Of a stretch of DNA of 64,000 nt, positions 51,368-60,576 are shown piece after piece. Every line of letters begins with the position of its first letter. Within the stretch, counting starts at the first letter, position 1. The notes beneath the pieces are model-generated. The model made no database searches. It was not told the DNA's origin and saw only the letters and a program-made list of their open reading frames with translations. The position numbers and the translations under genes were made by a program. Source of the DNA: an uncultured bacterium (GTDB taxonomy: Bacteria > Hydrothermota > UBA3073 > NMUJ01 > CBEVQO01); the NCBI GenBank assembly GCA_965552055.1, contig CBEVQO010000005.1, positions 116,122 through 180,121 of the forward strand. Direction: 5' to 3'.

Positions 51368-52196
51368 AATTGCGGTTTTGATTTTAACCTATAATAACAA
51401 AGAGAAAGTCAGAGAATTGATAAAAAATGTTTTGAGACAAACTTTTAAATTTAAAGATGTGATTGTGATAGATAATGGGAGTGAAGATAATACTTATCAA
51501 ATGATAAAAGAAGAATTTCCTGAAATTAAATGTTTAAGGTTAAGGAGAAATATAGGGAGTGAAGGTGGTTTTTATTGTGCTTTGAAACACGGGAAAGAAA
51601 AGGGCTATGATTTTTTGTGGTTACTTGATGATGATATAATTCTTGAGGATGAAAGTTTTTTTGAAAGAATCTGGAAAAAGTATGGTATCCTTTTTAAAGA
51701 TGATAAAGTTGCGGTGCTGGGGATGTGCAGGTTTAAGCCATCTTTTGAGAAACCCTTAGAGCATGACAATTTTTGCTGGGGTGGCGCAATAATAAGGGTT
51801 AAAGCGATAGAACGGGCAGGTTTGCCTGTAAAAGAATTTTTCCTTTATGGCGGAGAGCTGGAATATGCTTATCGTCTAAAATATAAATTTGGCTATAAAA
51901 TTTTCATTTTACCGGAATTTCTAAGTAGAAGAAGTTATGCACATAAGAGATTTAAATTTTTAGGAAGGGAATTTAACCTTTTTATAGAACCTCATCGCAT
52001 TTATTACGAAGCGAGAAACATGATTTATGTTGAGAAAATGTACAGGAATTACAAGAAATTAATTAAAATAATTTGGGGAAGGATAAAAGCTTTCATTTAT
52101 ATGCTTCTATTTTTTGAATTTAATACCATTCGCCTTTTTTCAATTTTACAGGGCATAATTGATGGTCTTCGTGGTAAGTTGGGAATTAAATTTTAA
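51360..52196 (+). CDS. Glycosyltransferase family 2
   Basis: IDNGSEDNT, N.GSEGGF, WLLDDD, YY..RN. Confidence 0.9.
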   Translation: MTKIAVLILTYNNKEKVRELIKNVLRQTFKFKDVIVIDNGSEDNTYQMIKEEFPEIKCLRLRRNIGSEGGFYCALKHGKEKGYDFLWLLDDDIILEDESFFERIWKKYGILFKDDKVAVLGMCRFKPSFEKPLEHDNFCWGGAIIRVKAIERAGLPVKEFFLYGGELEYAYRLKYKFGYKIFILPEFLSRRSYAHKRFKFLGREFNLFIEPHRIYYEARNMIYVEKMYRNYKKLIKIIWGRIKAFIYMLLFFEFNTIRLFSILQGIIDGLRGKLGIKF

Positions 52197-52198
52197 AA

Positions 52199-52318
52199 TT
52201 AACTTAAAATTTTTCTAAATAGATTTTCATAATTTTTTTTGAATTTAGTGAGGGAAAAATTTTCGGCGATTTTTCTTAGATTTTCGAATTTGTTATTTAA
52301 AACATAATCGATAGCCTT
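52199..52318 (-). pseudogene. C-terminal remnant of a GT4 glycosyltransferase
   Basis: Reads KAIDYVLNNKFENLRKIAENFSLTKFKKNYENLFRKILS*, has no start codon, and overlaps the end of the GT2 gene in another frame. Confidence 0.55.
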
Positions 52319-53196
52319 TTAGGTAAATTGTGAATTAATTTACGCAATTGATTTTTTAATTTTTTTAAAAATCGTGGTAAAAGTAAATTTATTAAAAATG
52401 ACCATCCTTTAATTTTAAATAAGTTCTGGAATATAGATTTGCTACAGAAATATAAAGATACATTCAAATGATATTTATACCTTTCTGCAATCAACAATAA
52501 TTTGTCCATTTCTTCGTATTTTTTAAAGTTGCCTTTTCCAATTAACTGAGGATAATTTTCAACAGTAAAGCTGTTTATATGTAAGCGAATTAAAGTTAGA
52601 TACTGAGGGATGTTTGTTATTTTATAAATTTCCCCTATTCTAATGAAGATGTCTATGTCTTCTGTAGTTTTTAAGTCCTCACGATACCCACCTATTTTTT
52701 CAAAAATTTCTTTTCTTATCATAACAGCTGGCTGAAAAAGGCCAGCATAGCCTTTTTTCAAATTTTCTACAATAGTGGCAGAAGAAGTAGGTAAACTCAC
52801 TTTTCCTATAAACTTATCTTTTTCATCTATTAATTTAACCCAAGTTCCACAAAGTGCGATATTTAAATTTTTTTCTAAGAAATCAAATTGTAATTCCAGC
52901 TTTTTCGGCTTCCATAAATCATCATGATTTAGAATGGCTATATATTTTCCGGATGCTTCCCTAATAGCTTTATTTAAGGTTTTCGGAATACCTAAATTTT
53001 TCTTATTTAAAATGACTTTTATTCTTCTATCTTTTTTGGCAAAAAAATTAATTATGTTTCTTGTTCTATCAGTTGAAGCGTCATCTATAATAATAAATTC
53101 GAATTCCTCAAAAGTTTGATTTAATACACTTTTTATTGTTTTAGCTACAAAGTTTTCGCAGTTATAAGTTGGTAAAATTACACTTATTTTTGGCAT
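52297..53196 (-). CDS. Glycosyltransferase family 2
   Basis: SVILPTYN, DDASTD, NHDDLW, EDID. Confidence 0.9.
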   Translation of the reverse strand: MPKISVILPTYNCENFVAKTIKSVLNQTFEEFEFIIIDDASTDRTRNIINFFAKKDRRIKVILNKKNLGIPKTLNKAIREASGKYIAILNHDDLWKPKKLELQFDFLEKNLNIALCGTWVKLIDEKDKFIGKVSLPTSSATIVENLKKGYAGLFQPAVMIRKEIFEKIGGYREDLKTTEDIDIFIRIGEIYKITNIPQYLTLIRLHINSFTVENYPQLIGKGNFKKYEEMDKLLLIAERYKYHLNVSLYFCSKSIFQNLFKIKGWSFLINLLLPRFLKKLKNQLRKLIHNLPKRLSIMF

Positions 53197-53672
53197 CTTT
53201 CATAAAAATATTTGATAAATATTTGGGCTATTTCTTTTGATTTTATCAAAACATTTGCTTCTGAATTTTTCATGAGTGCATAATAGCCCCAGTTTGATGA
53301 GCCCACAAGCGTATAAATGCTATCAACAACTACAAATTTGCAATGCAAACATTTTTTTGGATTGTCATAATAAACTTTGATGCCATTCCTTTTTAAAAAT
53401 TCTCCAATTGAAAAATTTTTTTCGTTAACTCTTTCGTTCCAGTTTGAAAATTCAAGTAAAACTTTTACCGATACTCCTCTTTTTCTGGCTTTAATTAAAT
53501 TTTCATAAACTTTGTAAACTGCATCCCATTTGCCTTTAAATGTGCCTGCCTCAAACATTGCCACAATGATTTCTTTTTTTGCATGTGCTAAAAGAGATAA
53601 AAGTGTATCATAATATTCTCTGTCAAAAACAGGATAAACTTCTGCATTTATGTAAAAAATCAGGAATAACAT
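53184..53672 (-). CDS. Phospholipase D/nuclease family protein (single HKD)
   Basis: LHCKFVVVD...GSSNW...NSE. Confidence 0.85.
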   Translation of the reverse strand: MLFLIFYINAEVYPVFDREYYDTLLSLLAHAKKEIIVAMFEAGTFKGKWDAVYKVYENLIKARKRGVSVKVLLEFSNWNERVNEKNFSIGEFLKRNGIKVYYDNPKKCLHCKFVVVDSIYTLVGSSNWGYYALMKNSEANVLIKSKEIAQIFIKYFYERCQK

Positions 53673-54439
53673 CAGAATACTTTAAAATACTTTTTCGGAT
53701 GTCTCTTTATATCCTCGATCAATTCCCTTGTATCTTTTATCAGTTTGAGAGTATTTTGATAGAGCGAATCTTCTTTTAAACTATTTGCAAGTTTATTTAT
53801 ATTATCCACTGCATTGAAAACTTTTGTCATCAATGTATCATTGTTTAAAACTTCTGCAAACTTGCTTTTCTCGACTTTTTCAAATGCTTCTTTTGTTTTC
53901 TTCATAAATTCTCTAATTTCTCTTATCATTGTATCTGCCGATGCTTTTGCTATTTTTAAATCACTTGATAAAATTGTATCTATTTTCACCAGGATAGTAT
54001 TTAATCTGTCTATGCTTTCTTCAACTGCTTTTAGTGATTTACCTTTAATTGTATCGCTTTTTAAATGCCTTTCTGATATCCCGCAATGCAAAACCAGTTT
54101 GCTTGGTGTAAGAAATTTTGATATGTTCAGCAAAAATGCATCTTCCCTTAATAAATTTTTAATCCTTTTGTCAATCACAAATTCTATCAGAACTTTTGGA
54201 TTATTACCAAATATCAATTTTTTATCCACAATTCTTCCAATTTCTACTCCTTTGAAGAATACAGGCGAACCTTTTTCTATTCCTTCACCTGTTTCAAAAA
54301 CAGCCCACATTTTGCATTCATAAGGCGAAAATAATGTGGTTTTTGATAATTTAAACAACATAAATATGGAAAATGATATAAAAGCAAGGATAGCTATAAA
54401 TATCCTGAAAGCAGATTTATAAACTTCTTTCTGTGACAT
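53672..54439 (-). CDS. mlaD: MCE/MlaD family protein
   Basis: N-terminal TM, G...GSPV...GVEIG, coiled-coil tail ending DIKRHPKKY. Confidence 0.85.
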   Translation of the reverse strand: MSQKEVYKSAFRIFIAILAFISFSIFMLFKLSKTTLFSPYECKMWAVFETGEGIEKGSPVFFKGVEIGRIVDKKLIFGNNPKVLIEFVIDKRIKNLLREDAFLLNISKFLTPSKLVLHCGISERHLKSDTIKGKSLKAVEESIDRLNTILVKIDTILSSDLKIAKASADTMIREIREFMKKTKEAFEKVEKSKFAEVLNNDTLMTKVFNAVDNINKLANSLKEDSLYQNTLKLIKDTRELIEDIKRHPKKYFKVF

Positions 54440-55127
54440 GTTTTAAGCTTTTTAACTGATTTAGAAATGGTGCGAAGAATTCTTTGTTTTCTTCTATTAG
54501 TTTTTCTTTATCTCCGAAGAACTTTTGTTTGCCCTCGCTTATTAATATGAATTTCTCTCCGATAAGCAATGCATCTTCCACTTCTTGAGTTGACATTATT
54601 ATTGTTTTCCCTTCTTCTTTTATTCTGCTTATGAGCCGAAGGATATCTGCCCTTATCATTGGGTCGAGAGCAGTTGTTGGTTCATCCAGCAGTATCATTT
54701 CGGCTTCAGGTGTAAGAACAGCCCTTGCAATTGCCAGCCTTTTTTGCATCCCGCCTGACAGCTCCGAAGGATAATAACAAGAGAATTTCAATAAGCCACA
54801 CATATTTAGCACTTCTTCTATTTTTTCTTTAATTTTATCGGAAAATCCGTATTTCTCAAGTAGATAAAATCCAGCATTTTCAAATACATTCAGGTTCTCA
54901 AAAAGTGCATTGTCTTGGAAAGCAAATCCTATATTTTTTCCTTTAAAAATTATTTCTCCTTCAAATGGTATCAGACCTGCGATTGCTTTTAAAAGGGTTG
55001 TTTTACCTGTACCACTACGCCCTAATATCACAAGAAACTCACCTTGATTTATTTCGAAATTCACATCTCTTATTATTTCTCTATCACCGATTTTCACATT
55101 TAGATTTTTTACTTTTAGAATTTTCAT
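54417..55127 (-). CDS. mlaF: MlaF-like ABC ATPase
   Basis: GRSGTGKT, FQDNALF, LSGGMQKR, DEPTTALDP, between mlaE and mlaD. Confidence 0.85.
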   Translation of the reverse strand: MKILKVKNLNVKIGDREIIRDVNFEINQGEFLVILGRSGTGKTTLLKAIAGLIPFEGEIIFKGKNIGFAFQDNALFENLNVFENAGFYLLEKYGFSDKIKEKIEEVLNMCGLLKFSCYYPSELSGGMQKRLAIARAVLTPEAEMILLDEPTTALDPMIRADILRLISRIKEEGKTIIMSTQEVEDALLIGEKFILISEGKQKFFGDKEKLIEENKEFFAPFLNQLKSLKHVTERSL

Positions 55128-55780
55128 AACATTGCCCAATCTATCAATATGTCTAATATTAATATAAATACGATGTTGAAAGTAACAGCTATTGCTACAC
55201 TTTTACCAGAATAGGTACCGCCGAGCGAATGAATACCATACCAGCATGGGATTAGAGGTAAAGCCAATCCCATCAATAGTGATTTTGCAAGTGCTATATA
55301 CAAATTTGGGCTAATTGATAGGAAAATATCTCTCCAGAATTCCGCTGAAACGACACCGAAGAAAATTTTTGTAATGAAAAAACCGGTTATCACAATTGAG
55401 CAGAAAGATATGAAAGTGAGAAATGGAATTATGATGAGTGTTGCTATTATTTTTGGTATAATTAACTTTTTAACGGGTGAGATTTTTGAGACCATTAATG
55501 CATCGAGTTTGCTTCCTGTTTTCCATCCAGCGAGTTCTGCTGTTATCTGTGCTGTAAGCCTTGCTCCGCATATAAGCAGGGAGCATAAAGGTGCGAGTTC
55601 CCTGACAGCTGCAACTCCAATAGCCTTCGGCAATAATGCAATTGCATTCAATTTGCGAAATTCTATTCCCATGTTATAAGTGTAGCCAAAACCAGCAAAT
55701 ATCCCGATAATGAAAGATAAAAGCAAAGTAAAAGAGCCAAGAGAATCCAGATCACGAATTATATCACGCCACATTTTCAT
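55124..55780 (-). CDS. mlaE: MlaE-like ABC permease
   Basis: RELAP, AEL, DAL.V..ISP. Confidence 0.85.
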   Translation of the reverse strand: MKMWRDIIRDLDSLGSFTLLLSFIIGIFAGFGYTYNMGIEFRKLNAIALLPKAIGVAAVRELAPLCSLLICGARLTAQITAELAGWKTGSKLDALMVSKISPVKKLIIPKIIATLIIIPFLTFISFCSIVITGFFITKIFFGVVSAEFWRDIFLSISPNLYIALAKSLLMGLALPLIPCWYGIHSLGGTYSGKSVAIAVTFNIVFILILDILIDWAML

Positions 55781-55786
55781 TATTAT

Positions 55787-55813
55787 AGTATATATCAAAA
55801 TTCATAAAGTCAA
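55787..55813 (-). promoter_or_regulatory. Promoter TTGACT-N15-TATACT, 6 nt upstream of ATG 55780
   Basis: agtcaa at 55808-55813 and agtata at 55787-55792 on the + strand. Confidence 0.65.
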
Positions 55814-55872
55814 GAAAAAATAATTTATTTAATTTTTGTCGAACTTATTGATTAACTTTTTCGTTTTCTTTT

Positions 55873-57309
55873 CTATGTTTTGCTTGGTTTTTGCAGGTAC
55901 TCTTTTTCCCAAATATCTTTTGTTAATTTTTCTACTTTTTCTCCATAGGCTATAAGTTTCTCGCGATATTCATTATCGTTCAGAATGTTCATAGCAGCCT
56001 CATCTATGGGTTTGGGTTTGTAACACTTTAGGAGTTTATAATATATTCCATAATGGTCTCGGATGATGCAGGGTCTTAAGAGATTTCCTTTCCTGTCCTT
56101 AGGCTGTTTATAAGCATATTCATCCTGCCATTTTCTTATTGCTTTAAAGAATTCAGAGTTTAGTATTGTATTCAGATTACCGCCTTTTTTATAAACTTCA
56201 TTGATATTGTGGACAGCATAAGGCTGGAAAACACAAGGTGCACAGTCTCCGTTCCAGTTTATATAAAAATAACCTCCTGTTCTGCCTGCTGATATGCATC
56301 CATCTGATACAACCCCGTCATTCCAGAAATCTGCAATAAATATTTTTCTTTCTCGCACTATTTTTCTAATTTTTTTCCACATAAAAAGCCTTTGTTCGGG
56401 TGTGGGCATAAGTTCAATTGTGTAGCCTCTACCTATGGGCATATAATGGAATATCCATGCATAAAAAGCCTTGGGCTCCTTTTCAAAATAGAAATCATAA
56501 AACTCATCGCTTGTTATTATATCTACATTCTGAGAAGTCGCTGTTATAGATATACCAAAAGGAACCCCGTTATCTCTAAGATTTTGCATCGCTTTTCTTA
56601 TACGCTTATACACACCCTTTCCTCTTCGTGCATCGGTTTCTTTTTCAAATCCCTCAACAGAAATAGCAGGTGTGATATTCCCCAGTTCTGCAAGTTTCTT
56701 CGCTACCTTTTCATCAATAAGAGTGCCATTTGTATACATCAGGAAGAATGTATCACTGTGTTTTTCTGCTATGTCAAAGATACCTTTGTAAAGCAGTGGC
56801 TCACCTCCAGATATAACTACAAAGTGTGAACCCCAGAGTTCTTTCATTTCCTGTATAATTCTGTCAAATACATCAAAATCGAGACTTTTAGCATTGCTTC
56901 CTTCTGAACCAGCGTAACACCCGTCGCATCGCAGATTGCATGCTGCAATAGGGCTGATAGTAACAAAGGTAGGCGGATAGAATCCAAACTCGTTGTAGAA
57001 TTTTTCCTTTGCCTCACTATCTCCCCCACGGAGTATATTGCCGACTAGAATATCCAGAAGCACATCTCTACATTTTGGTGAAATTCCGTGCGATATAGCC
57101 CTTTCAATAGAATAAAATAGAGCCCTTGCCATATAAAATTTATCTTCCTGTTGTTTCGGTGGATACTTATCCGATTCTTTTAAAATAAACTCCCTATATA
57201 GCCGATTGACAGCATTCTTAAGGAGAAATTTTCTAAGTACGCAAATTTGCACCACAAGATGCGTAACCCCTTTAATAAACCTTCCCACTAAGGCTTCTAT
57301 TTTAGCCAT
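55873..57309 (-). CDS. Radical SAM protein with SPASM/Twitch-type C-terminal domain
   Basis: CNLRCDGC, SGGEP, TNGT, GCISAG...NGDCAPC, RPC. Confidence 0.9.
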   Translation of the reverse strand: MAKIEALVGRFIKGVTHLVVQICVLRKFLLKNAVNRLYREFILKESDKYPPKQQEDKFYMARALFYSIERAISHGISPKCRDVLLDILVGNILRGGDSEAKEKFYNEFGFYPPTFVTISPIAACNLRCDGCYAGSEGSNAKSLDFDVFDRIIQEMKELWGSHFVVISGGEPLLYKGIFDIAEKHSDTFFLMYTNGTLIDEKVAKKLAELGNITPAISVEGFEKETDARRGKGVYKRIRKAMQNLRDNGVPFGISITATSQNVDIITSDEFYDFYFEKEPKAFYAWIFHYMPIGRGYTIELMPTPEQRLFMWKKIRKIVRERKIFIADFWNDGVVSDGCISAGRTGGYFYINWNGDCAPCVFQPYAVHNINEVYKKGGNLNTILNSEFFKAIRKWQDEYAYKQPKDRKGNLLRPCIIRDHYGIYYKLLKCYKPKPIDEAAMNILNDNEYREKLIAYGEKVEKLTKDIWEKEYLQKPSKT

Positions 57310-57363
57310 AACCCACCTCCTTTGGTCCTCTCAGATTTTTTGCATTACACAACAATTTTAATA

Positions 57364-57654
57364 TTAACCTTTTTTCGTTTTCTTTTCTATATCTTCGAGT
57401 CTTTTCATAATCTTTTCTACATCTGTGCGTGTGGCAAAACCTATTTTACTCATTGCATTTGCTATTTTTTCGAGTAACTTTTCTCTTGCGAATCTTCTTA
57501 TACCGCTTATCGATGACATCAAATCTTTGACCTCTTTTGGTGCTTTGGAAATTAGTTCCTCGCCTTTCCTGTAAAGATTTTCCCTCCTTTCTTTTATCGT
57601 AGCGACTACACCGAGAGCCCTCTTTAAACTTTTATCAAGAACATTACCAACCAT
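57364..57654 (-). CDS. Small phasin/PhaF-like coiled-coil protein
   Basis: ALG....KE...L..KGE and ATRTDVEKI.KRLE.IE, with SD upstream. Confidence 0.55.
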   Translation of the reverse strand: MVGNVLDKSLKRALGVVATIKERRENLYRKGEELISKAPKEVKDLMSSISGIRRFAREKLLEKIANAMSKIGFATRTDVEKIMKRLEDIEKKTKKG

Positions 57655-57725
57655 AACACCCCCCTTTAGCTATCTATAATCAAAAATGAAAGAAGTCAAG
57701 CTAAAATTTATGAAAAATTTATTTG

Positions 57726-57752
57726 TTGACAATAGAAGATGTTATTTATAAT
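57726..57752 (+). promoter_or_regulatory. Promoter TTGACA-N15-TATAAT, 5 nt upstream of ATG 57758
   Basis: ttgaca atagaagatgttatt tataat. Confidence 0.75.
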
Positions 57753-57757
57753 GAATG

Positions 57758-58747
57758 ATGAAATTTTCTGTCGTTATAATCACAAAAAATAGGAGAGAGT
57801 TGTTGAAAAAATGTATTAACAGTGTAAAAAATGCAAAAAATAATTCTGATGTTGAGATAATTGTTGTTGAGGAGACTGATAAAGAGCTGGATATAAATGG
57901 AGTTAAGCATGTCAAATTGTCGGGTAAAAATCTGGGGTATGGGGTGCCTCGCAATGTTGGTGCGAAAGTAGCAAAAGGTGATTATGTGATATACATTGAT
58001 GATGACTGCATAATGGATAAAAATTATTTTGTAAGATTAAAGGAAGATTTAAGAAATTTAAATGCCGATGTTATAACAGGCGGAGTAATTGTAGAGGGTT
58101 ATAATTTTCTTTCGATTTGTCAAAATGCATTAGGTATTCCAAATGGTGCGCTTAAAAGAATTTTGAAAGCAAAAGGCAAAATTATAAAAACAAATTTGTT
58201 TTCAACCTGTAATTGTTGTATAAAAAAAGAAATATTGCTAAAAGAAAAATTCTGGGAAATAAAAAGAAGAGGAGGCGAAGATTATGATTTAGCTCTTCGT
58301 CTTGTTGATAAGGGCAAAGAAGTTTATTTCGACCCAGATCTTATTTGCTACCATAAATCTACAGAAAGTTTAAAAGGTTTTATGAAAAAATTTTATGAGA
58401 GGGGTAAAAACGAAATAAATTATTTTAAAGTAAGATTGAATTTCCGGTCATCTTTTTTTAAATTTTTGAGGACATCTCTTTTTATTCGTTTTTTGATTTT
58501 TGTTTTAATTTTCAATCTTTCTCATTTTTGGGGATTTTGTTTTCTTATCCTGTGGTTTTTAACTTTTTACTTTACCAATGTTTTGAGGGCTTTTCCTGTT
58601 TTTTCTTATTATCAAAGGATTTATTTAGTGTTTTTTTATCCATTTTTGAAATGTTTACTTGATTTTTCGTCAGAATCAGGCAGAATTAAAGGGCTTTTTG
58701 AGAGGGTTGAATATGTTGAAGGTATCGATTATAGTGCCTACTTATAA
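57758..58747 (+). CDS. Glycosyltransferase family 2 with C-terminal membrane segment
   Basis: SVVIIT.NR, RNVG, YIDDDC, GEDYDL. Confidence 0.88.
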   Translation: MKFSVVIITKNRRELLKKCINSVKNAKNNSDVEIIVVEETDKELDINGVKHVKLSGKNLGYGVPRNVGAKVAKGDYVIYIDDDCIMDKNYFVRLKEDLRNLNADVITGGVIVEGYNFLSICQNALGIPNGALKRILKAKGKIIKTNLFSTCNCCIKKEILLKEKFWEIKRRGGEDYDLALRLVDKGKEVYFDPDLICYHKSTESLKGFMKKFYERGKNEINYFKVRLNFRSSFFKFLRTSLFIRFLIFVLIFNLSHFWGFCFLILWFLTFYFTNVLRAFPVFSYYQRIYLVFFYPFLKCLLDFSSESGRIKGLFERVEYVEGIDYSAYL

Positions 58748-59609
58748 CAGGGAAGAACGGTTGTGTGATACATTAATGTCTTTGCAAAAAATTGATTATC
58801 AGGATTTTGAAGTTATTGTGGTAGATCAAACAAAGCATCATAAAAGAGAAACCGAAGACTTTTTAAAAAAGTTGAAGAACAAGATAAAATATTTTAAATT
58901 AGAAAAACCGCATTATACTAAAGCTTTGAATGCAGGAGCTGAGATGGCTACAGGAGATATTTTGTTATTTATCGATGACGATGTGGAAATTTTAACAAAA
59001 GATTTTATAAAATATCATGTGAGGAATTATGCCGATAAGTCCATTGGAGGAGTTTGTGGTTGTATTTTGCACCAAAATGAAGAAAAACCTTTGCCTTATA
59101 GAGGGGAGAAATTTACCTGGATTAAACCTTTCTTTAATCGAGATAAAAAGATGGAAATAGAAGTTGCTCCGTGTGCTAATTTTTCGGTTCGTAAAGAAGT
59201 TTTTGAATCAGCAGGCAAATTTGATGAAAAATTTGAGGCAGGAGGTTTTTTACACGAAATAGATTTTTGTTTCAGGTTAAAAAAATTAGGTTTTAAAATA
59301 ATTTATGAGCCAAAAGCTATATTAAGACATTTTTATGGTACAGAGGGAGGAGCACAAAATAAATTGAGGTTATCTGCAGGCATTGAGAGTTTTAAATATT
59401 TTGTTTATTTTTTTCAGAATGTTATCTATTTTTTATTGAAACATTTTAAAGGTTTTTCTTTTTTAAAGTATTTATGGCATTATTTGAGGGAATACTGGTT
59501 GAATCGTCCTTTGTTTATGCGAGGTGGTTTTTTCTTTTTATTTCACAGGGGATATTCTTTTATTCTTGGATTTTTACGAGCTGTTAAAAAATATCGGTTG
59601 ACATATTGA
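58713..59609 (+). CDS. Glycosyltransferase family 2
   Basis: SIIVPTYNR, FIDDDV, FDEKF, E.DFCFR. Confidence 0.9.
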   Translation: MLKVSIIVPTYNREERLCDTLMSLQKIDYQDFEVIVVDQTKHHKRETEDFLKKLKNKIKYFKLEKPHYTKALNAGAEMATGDILLFIDDDVEILTKDFIKYHVRNYADKSIGGVCGCILHQNEEKPLPYRGEKFTWIKPFFNRDKKMEIEVAPCANFSVRKEVFESAGKFDEKFEAGGFLHEIDFCFRLKKLGFKIIYEPKAILRHFYGTEGGAQNKLRLSAGIESFKYFVYFFQNVIYFLLKHFKGFSFLKYLWHYLREYWLNRPLFMRGGFFFLFHRGYSFILGFLRAVKKYRLTY

Positions 59610-59630
59610 ATATGTGTTTAAATTTAAAAG

Positions 59631-60576
59631 ATGAAGTGGATTATTTTGATAGTTTCTTTACTGATGGGTGGCTGTGGTTTTATTTTGATATTTTTAAATA
59701 AACCGCCCGAGCCCGTTATTGAAGGGATAACAAAGTCCCTGACGGGTTGTGTAAAGGTTTCTGTGTTTGCTGATGACCCCGAAGAAAGCAAAGTTGCAAT
59801 AAGAGTTGATTTTGGAGATGGGTATGTATTGTGATACAGGTGTTTATGTGATTCGTGCTCAGGCAAAGGATTATTATAAGACATCACGCTGGTCTGAAGG
59901 TGAGACAGTGAAAGTGGAAAGTGTAGGCTGTATTGACACAGCAGGTCTTGTGCTTTATCTTACATTTGATGAAGGCACGGGTGATACTGCTTATGATTAT
60001 TCTGGTCATTGCAATCATGGAGTAATATACGGTGCAAAATGGGTAAGCGGTGTTTCTGGTTATGCACTTGAGTTTGATGGAGTTGATGATTATGTGAGGA
60101 TTCAGGGTACTTCCTCTCTTGATTTTTATGGCAGGGATGAGCTCACGGTATCTGCATGGGTTTACCGAAAGGGTGAAGGCGGTGGAACATGCTGTCCCCC
60201 TATTGTTGCCCAAAGAGAAATAAAAAGATGGACATTCAGATATGATAGGAGAGACAGTTATGAGGGAGAAGGTTTGGAACTTGTTATTACTACGACTGAT
60301 GGGACATGGATAGGTGATAACGATGGTACCACTTTTCCACTAAACGAATGGCTTTTTGTATCTGCGGTATACGATGGCTCATGCATTCGCATTTATAAAA
60401 ATGGTAAACTGGCAGTAGAGTATCCTGCATCTGGTGCATTTATCCGTACCGGGACACAGACCGAAATAGGTGGCACAATAGATGGATATTTCGATGGCAT
60501 CATTGATGAAGTTTTAATTTATAGCAAAGCTTTAAGTGAGGAAGAGATAAAAGCTCTTTATAATCGCTATAAATGA
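59631..60576 (+). pseudogene. Frameshifted exported protein: PKD-like domain plus LamG domain (ORFs 59631-59834 and 59806-60576)
   Basis: First frame gives signal peptide, N.PP.P, DDPE and IRVDFGDG. The second frame continues the same domain (Y.DTGVY.IRAQAKD...SRWSE) and then LamG (FDEGTG, ALEFDGVDDYV, G.IDEV.IY..ALS). Confidence 0.7.

Noticed and set aside
59806..59840. Programmed ribosomal frameshift joining the PKD and LamG ORFs
   Set aside because: No slippery heptamer or homopolymer at the junction, and sequence appears to be missing, which fits a deletion better.
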